Part shown: in pieces, positions 15,734-20,000 of the stretch
Position numbering within the stretch: the first letter of the stretch is position 1
How the letters are laid out: each line of letters begins with the position of its first letter
From: an uncultured virus (IMG/VR IMGVR_UViG_3300025000_000001)
Lineage: Duplodnaviria; Heunggongvirae; Uroviricota; Caudoviricetes
Reading direction: 5' to 3' (one strand)
IMG/VR virus record: IMGVR_UViG_3300025000_000001
DNA length: 20,000 bases
Notes under the pieces: model-generated
Told to the model about the DNA's origin: nothing
Seen by the model: the letters and a program-made list of their open reading frames with translations, nothing else
The model's database searches: none
Translations under genes and position numbers: made by a program

Positions 15734-15762
15734 TTGACAAGCTAAAAATAGTGTAGTATTAT
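15734..15762 (+). promoter_or_regulatory. sigma70-type promoter
   Basis: TTGACA-17-TATTAT; shares TTGACAAGCTAAAAATA with the promoter at 15076. Confidence 0.8.
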
Positions 15763-15797
15763 TATTGCAAGTCAAGAGGATATCAGGAGATTAAAGA

Positions 15798-15992
15798 ATG
15801 AAATCAAAGTTCGTTCCAATTGTCCCAAAAATAGTTAAGAAATTAGGGACTTTAAAGTGGACTGGAAATGTCTTATTTCTATGCACTGACGGCAATGTCT
15901 GGGTGTTTACCGCGACTGGGGGAAAATGGATTAATCAAGGGTCGCCGGAATACTGCAAGTATCAGGAATTTAACGGATTCGTGCCAGAATAA
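15798..15992 (+). CDS. hypothetical protein (64 aa)
   Basis: AGGAG RBS. Confidence 0.8.
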   Translation: MKSKFVPIVPKIVKKLGTLKWTGNVLFLCTDGNVWVFTATGGKWINQGSPEYCKYQEFNGFVPE

Positions 15993-16023
15993 GGTAAAAA
16001 TACTCCAATTTACGCCAGTAATC

Positions 16024-16066
16024 AGCCGGAATTAGACCTTTTTGGTCTATTTTCGGCTTGTTTTTT
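16024..16066 (+). terminator. intrinsic terminator
   Basis: AGCCGGAATTAGACC-ttttt-GGTCTATTTTCGGCT followed by TGTTTTTT. Confidence 0.7.
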
Positions 16067-16168
16067 GCATAAATTCAGTGATTTATGAGAAGTCAAATAA
16101 GATAGGTTTAGTCTTATATCCGCCTGGGCGACTAGAATTGTATCATTGTATGAAAATTCTAAAATCGC

Positions 16169-16197
16169 TTGACAATAATCAGGTTATAGGCTAAAAT
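16169..16197 (+). promoter_or_regulatory. sigma70-type promoter
   Basis: TTGACA-17-TAAAAT. Confidence 0.85.
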
Positions 16198-16238
16198 TAG
16201 TTTATCAGTAAAACAGAGAGTTTAGAGGAGATTATACA

Positions 16239-16526
16239 ATGGAACGCCAACAAATTGCAGGAAAGTATACCCGACAAGAATTGTCCGATTTACATCTGAG
16301 CAAAGGTGAAATTTTCGGACAATTAGAGTCCGCATTCGACTATGCGCTTCCCCAAAACGAATTGGACTATATTTGCCAGATTTCTGCGCTTCCATACGAT
16401 TTGATTCGTTCGACTTGCGTTTATATTTATGATCGCGATTTTACCGGATTTGTTTCATGTTGTGATGACGTTCAATCATTTTTAGAGGATTATTACAGTC
16501 AGCCCGTAAAGTGCTATAAAAGGTAA
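16239..16526 (+). CDS. acidic hypothetical protein (95 aa)
   Basis: GAGGAG RBS. Confidence 0.8.
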   Translation: MERQQIAGKYTRQELSDLHLSKGEIFGQLESAFDYALPQNELDYICQISALPYDLIRSTCVYIYDRDFTGFVSCCDDVQSFLEDYYSQPVKCYKR

Positions 16527-16547
16527 ACTTTATCTGAATTAGCCTAG

Positions 16548-16595
16548 ATTGTAATAAGTTGTCATAATAAACTTGTGACAGTTTATTACAATTTT
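16548..16595 (+). terminator. long AT-rich hairpin (terminator or RNase III-like site)
   Basis: ATTGTAATAAGTTGTCATA...TGTGACAGTTTATTACAAT, with G-U pairs on the + strand. Confidence 0.55.
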
Positions 16596-16598
16596 AGC

Positions 16599-16627
16599 TT
16601 GACACAGATTATTTATTCTGGTATGAT
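16599..16627 (+). promoter_or_regulatory. sigma70-type promoter
   Basis: TTGACA-17-TATGAT with TG extension. Confidence 0.85.
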
Positions 16628-16651
16628 TAGTATATCAGGAGATTAAATATC

Positions 16652-16921
16652 ATGTTAGCAAAAAACGCAAATAAGATTAATAAAGAGTTGGGAAAATTGA
16701 CATATAACACCTATTTTGTCGAGATTCCCCTGCGTCAAATCTTTGACATTTTAGCCAAATGCGACCAAATTCCTCTGGATATTGATGGGACTCCGTGGTC
16801 GGGTATACTTTGCGGGCATAATGGTCAAATGCGACCAGAATTGTCTGGTTCGGGTTGACTGAATCTGTCATGGTATCAAATGGCAAGCGGACGGTATGAA
16901 ATTACAGTATATGTAAGCTAA
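16652..16921 (+). pseudogene. hypothetical gene interrupted by an in-frame TGA at 16856-16858 (nonsense or readthrough)
   Basis: The frame continues LNLSWYQMASGRYEITVYVS to TAA at 16919-16921, with a terminator 18 nt later. Confidence 0.65.
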
Positions 16922-16939
16922 TAAGACCAAAATTATCCG

Positions 16940-16972
16940 GTATCCCTGCCTTCGGGTAGGGATACTTTTTTT
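16940..16972 (+). terminator. strong intrinsic terminator
   Basis: GTATCCCTGCC-TTCG-GGTAGGGATAC followed by T7; cUUCGg tetraloop. Confidence 0.9.
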
Positions 16973-17269
16973 AACTAATTCCCACCTAAAAGGTCTATTT
17001 TATCAGAATTCCGCCTATCCGATCCCCTATAATCGGATAATTCCGGTGAAATTCCCCCAAATTCCGGCTGAGTTTTCGCCCAAAACTTCGGCTAAAATCC
17101 GACAATAAAGGTAAAATTCCCCCTAATTTTCGGCGTAAAATTCCCCCAAAATGCGCCAGGCTCTTAATTGGATAATGTTGGTCTAAATACTAATCATCAG
17201 AGGATTAGAACGCTTATGCTATGGACATACGTTCTATTCGGATATAGTTTATCATATACCTGTAGATTG

Positions 17270-17362
17270 CTACAAGCCATTCTAAGACGTTTCTACGGGT
17301 TATAGGTCAAAGTATACCTGTATTTTAAAAATAGCCCTATTTGACCCCAGAACGCCCTAGAA
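17270..17362. repeat. structured dispersed element, copy 2
   Basis: CTACAAGCCATTCT identical to 5940-5953; imperfect hairpin including GGTCAAA/TTTGACC. Confidence 0.6.
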
Positions 17363-17367
17363 CGCGA

Positions 17368-17388
17368 CGCGTCATAAAATTATTGTAT
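17368..17388. repeat. left arm of an inverted repeat with 19849-19872
   Basis: CGCGTCATAAAATT-ATTGTAT. Confidence 0.65.
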
Positions 17389-17520
17389 AATCCTTTAACA
17401 TTTCTAATATTCATTATCTGAATTATAACGCCCACAGAGTATAATTAAAATGAAGTGTTCTATAAATTGCGCTTGTTATAGAACGCCAGATTAGAATTAG
17501 ATTAATGATAGTAGAATCAC

Positions 17521-17548
17521 TTGACATAGAGTAAAATACTGGTAAACT
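17521..17548 (+). promoter_or_regulatory. sigma70-type promoter
   Basis: TTGACA-16-TAAACT with TG extension. Confidence 0.7.
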
Positions 17549-17596
17549 TATTATAGTTTAGTCAATAAAAAACATTCTGAAGATTGGAGATTAAAA

Positions 17597-17725
17597 ATGT
17601 ACGCAATTTTGCAAAAAAAAGGTGACTCTGGTAGGCTTTTTGACTTTGAAGGGACTCTTCTGTTTCGTGGAACTATTGCAGAGTGCAAAGCATGGGCGCG
17701 GTCAAATGGTTGGGTTATAATCTAA
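17597..17725 (+). CDS. hypothetical protein (42 aa)
   Basis: Not in track: MYAILQKKGDSGRLFDFEGTLLFRGTIAECKAWARSNGWVII*; GGAG RBS. Confidence 0.7.
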   Translation: MYAILQKKGDSGRLFDFEGTLLFRGTIAECKAWARSNGWVII

Positions 17726-17727
17726 CC

Positions 17728-17799
17728 ATGATAATTAAGATGGTAGTTCTCGTATTTATCATCATCGTTCTGCTAGTCGGTTTAGCAGATTGCCAGTAA
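17728..17799 (+). CDS. 23-aa hydrophobic peptide
   Basis: MIIKMVVLVFIIIVLLVGLADCQ*; starts 2 nt after the upstream stop and ends 9 nt before a terminator. Confidence 0.45.
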   Translation: MIIKMVVLVFIIIVLLVGLADCQ

Positions 17800-17808
17800 A
17801 ATAGACCC

Positions 17809-17845
17809 AAGTAGTCCAGTTTCCAGGAGGAGACTGGACTACTTT
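17809..17845 (+). terminator. intrinsic terminator / hairpin
   Basis: AAGTAGTCCAGTTTCC-agga-GGAGACTGGACTACTT. Confidence 0.75.
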
Positions 17846-18093
17846 AACGTGTAAAATCGGACATTTATGGTAATATTCGGAATTAGACCAAATTACTCTA
17901 AATACTAAAAATACCAAAAAGGTCTAAATAGTATTTAGATGAAAAAGGTCTAATTTCTATTTTGATATTTTATACCGGAATTATCCAAATTCCAGGCCCA
18001 GCGCCGGTATTCGGATAAGAATAGTCTTATTTGATTTTGTCAAGGGTGATTCTGAGTACAAAATGTAATAAGATTAAATCACCCTTTTATGAC

Positions 18094-18152
18094 ATTGATT
18101 TAACCTTGTGTTATATGCAATATGATATAATCAGCATGCTAGTTAAATCAAT
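18094..18152 (+). promoter_or_regulatory. extended -10 promoter of the helicase, flanked by an 11-bp inverted repeat
   Basis: TGATATAAT at 18123-18131 with no good -35; ATTGATTTAAC (18094-18104) and GTTAAATCAAT (18142-18152). Confidence 0.55.
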
Positions 18153-18179
18153 ACACAGTTAATCAAATGGAGTGTAAAA

Positions 18180-19784
18180 ATGTCTACCGTTCTATGTCCC
18201 AATTGCAACCGTCCGCTCATAACTAAGTCTGGTAAATTTGGTGCTTTTTTAGCGTGTCCGGGGTATCCTCTCTGCAAGCATACCCAAAAAATTGTATCAT
18301 CCCCTAAGATTGAATCGCCTAAGATTCAACCCCAAAAAACGGTAAAAAATTGGAGTGTATACCAAACGGCGATTTTTACCGCTTGCAAGGAAACAAAAGA
18401 TAATATGATTATTTCAGCCGTCGCCGGAAGTGGCAAAACAACAACTATCATCGAATCGATTAAATACTTGTCTGGTACTATCGTTTTTTTGGCATTCAAC
18501 AAAAACGCGGCTAACAACATAGCAGAGAAGATATCAAGCGAATCTCTGTGTACCGTTTCAACATTGCACGCAATTGGATTAAAACAAATCAAGAGAGTGT
18601 ACCCCAAAATTATTGTAGAAAATAATAAGAATCGATTAATCCTTAATAATCAATACGGTATGTTGGCTGAAGATAGAAAAAAATCACTCTTGAATCCGAT
18701 TTGTAAACTGGTATCATCCATTAAAGCGGAATTATCAGATTTGAATAATGAAACATTGATTAAACTCTGTGACAAATATGGAATTGAATTAGACACAGAT
18801 ATAATTGACGCGGCCAAATTCGTTTATCAGGAAAGTATTAAAAGTACTACCATGATAGACTTTGATGATATGATTTTTTATCCTGCGAACGGAATTGTAC
18901 CAGTGGCAAAATTCGATAATGCTTTAATCGATGAATCGCAAGATTTGAATCCCGCTCAAATTGCCTTATCCCTAAAAATTGCAAATCGAATTATCGCGGT
19001 AGGGGATAGGAAACAGGCTATCTATGGTTGGCGCGGTGCAATGTCTGATTCAATGGATTATATAAAATCGGCGTTAAACGCGGCGGAATTCCCCCTAAGT
19101 GTATCCTATCGCGTGCCTGATTATATAGCCGAACTGGTACACAACATACCAGGATTCGAGAGTGTACAATTTGAGACAATACATAAGCAAAATTGCGTCA
19201 CAAATGAAGAGTATACAACCTGTGGTAAGTTTATTGAATCCGCCATAGAGGATAATAGCTTAATTCTATGTCGCAATAATGCGCCTATGGTAAAACCTGT
19301 TTATACTCTTTTGTCACGCGGCGTAAAAGTTACAATTCGCGGTAAGGATATAGGACAAGGTTTAATAACCTTAATAGGTAAGGCTATGAAAGGGGATACA
19401 ACGGATAATTTAGGGGATATGTTGGAAGGGTTGAATCGCTATGCAAGTAAAGAAATAGAAAAGTTAGAAAAGTATAATCAGACTCAAAAGATTGAAACAT
19501 TAAACGATCAAATATCTACCATTGAAGCTTTAACTGAAGGGTTGAATAGCTTAGATGAACTGTATAGCAAAATTGATTCAATCTTCTCTGATGATATATC
19601 TCCAGTAGTATTTAGCACTATACACCGTGCTAAGGGGGATGAATCATCTAATGTCTATATCTTGTATCCTGAGTTAATCCCTTCAAAGTATGCTAAAAAT
19701 GAAGAATCATTGAATCAAGAATACAATTTATATCATGTTGCGATAACGCGAACGCTTGACAAATTGACATTTATTGCCAAATAG
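18180..19784 (+). CDS. UvrD/Rep/PcrA-family superfamily 1 DNA helicase with N-terminal topoisomerase-type C4 zinc ribbon
   Basis: CPNC...KSGKFGAFLACPGYPLC; Walker A AVAGSGKTTT; FLAFNK; STLH; LIDESQD; VGDRKQAIYGWRGA; LSVSYR; LCRNN; STIHRAKGDE; NLYHVAITR. Confidence 0.92.
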   Translation: MSTVLCPNCNRPLITKSGKFGAFLACPGYPLCKHTQKIVSSPKIESPKIQPQKTVKNWSVYQTAIFTACKETKDNMIISAVAGSGKTTTIIESIKYLSGTIVFLAFNKNAANNIAEKISSESLCTVSTLHAIGLKQIKRVYPKIIVENNKNRLILNNQYGMLAEDRKKSLLNPICKLVSSIKAELSDLNNETLIKLCDKYGIELDTDIIDAAKFVYQESIKSTTMIDFDDMIFYPANGIVPVAKFDNALIDESQDLNPAQIALSLKIANRIIAVGDRKQAIYGWRGAMSDSMDYIKSALNAAEFPLSVSYRVPDYIAELVHNIPGFESVQFETIHKQNCVTNEEYTTCGKFIESAIEDNSLILCRNNAPMVKPVYTLLSRGVKVTIRGKDIGQGLITLIGKAMKGDTTDNLGDMLEGLNRYASKEIEKLEKYNQTQKIETLNDQISTIEALTEGLNSLDELYSKIDSIFSDDISPVVFSTIHRAKGDESSNVYILYPELIPSKYAKNEESLNQEYNLYHVAITRTLDKLTFIAK

Positions 19785-19805
19785 ACAAGCAAAGCATACC
19801 AGAAT

Positions 19806-19842
19806 AAAAACGGTTATACCCTAAAAAGTATAACCGTTTTTT
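19806..19842 (+). terminator. intrinsic (possibly bidirectional) terminator
   Basis: AAAAACGGTTATAC-cctaaaaa-GTATAACCGTTTTTT. Confidence 0.8.
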
Positions 19843-19848
19843 GTTGGC

Positions 19849-19872
19849 ATACAATATAAATTTTATGACGCG
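19849..19872. repeat. right arm of an inverted repeat with 17368-17388
   Basis: ATACAAT-ATA-AATTTTATGACGCG. Confidence 0.65.
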
Positions 19873-19873
19873 C

Positions 19874-20000
19874 GCGCATGCTGCGCAGAGCCACCATCGG
19901 GCTCTTAGGCTCTGGTACTGGCGCATGCTGCGCAGAGCCACCATCGGGCTCTTAGGCTCTGGTACTGGCGCATGCTGCGCAGAGCCACCATCGGGCTCTT
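19874..20000. repeat. 47-bp perfect GC-rich tandem repeat (at least 2.7 copies, runs off the window)
   Basis: GCGCATGCTGCGCAGAGCCACCATCGGGCTCTTAGGCTCTGGTACTG starting at 19874, 19921 and 19968. Confidence 0.95.

Noticed and set aside
17206..17236. LexA/SOS box (GAAC-N4-GTTC)
   Set aside because: The best match, GGACATACGTTC, has a mismatch and lies about 290 bp from the nearest promoter; too weak to call.
16973..17520. tRNA or known ncRNA gene in the long intergenic gap
   Set aside because: No cloverleaf or T-loop signature was recognised by eye; needs cmscan.
18015..18043. Leftward promoter from TTGACA at 18038-18043
   Set aside because: No acceptable -10 at 16-18 bp spacing.
13023..18607. 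Minus-strand track ORFs in the right arm (13023, 14459, 16677, 18326)
   Set aside because: Antisense shadows of well-supported plus-strand genes.
19874..20000. CRISPR array
   Set aside because: Units are contiguous and identical with no unique spacers; no cas genes are visible.
1..20000. Genome-wide stop-codon reassignment (TGA or TAG) explaining the short ORFs
   Set aside because: TGA and TAG stops are followed by RBS-bearing starts, ATGA overlaps, promoters or terminators, so the genes are genuinely short under code 11.

Overview
AT-rich window that reads as the early or 'host-takeover' region of a large phage, or a phage-like MGE; this assignment is inferred, since no capsid, integrase or housekeeping gene is present. 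About 50 short hypothetical ORFs, most with strong AGGAG Shine-Dalgarno sites, form two divergent arms: minus strand 1-11030 and plus strand 11181-19784. They are driven by about 28 near-consensus sigma70/SigA promoters (TTGACA-16/18 bp-TATAAT-like) that share extra motifs, giving a promoter-gene cassette architecture. Only two proteins have recognisable folds: a partial PD-(D/E)XK nuclease at the left edge and a UvrD/Rep-family SF1 helicase with an N-terminal topoisomerase-type C4 zinc ribbon. The most striking non-coding feature is a bacterial oriC-like module at about 4586-4949, with no dnaA or dnaN in the window. It has an 85% AT tract, (TAG)4 DnaA-trios, a GC clamp, a perfect DnaA box, an 18-bp palindrome and four more perfect DnaA boxes spaced exactly 21 bp apart. 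Other oddities: a GC-rich 47-bp tandem repeat at the right edge, inverted repeats bracketing the helicase block, a dispersed hairpin element present twice, a gene with an in-frame TGA, a probable CTG start, and gene ends fused to the -35 box of the next promoter.
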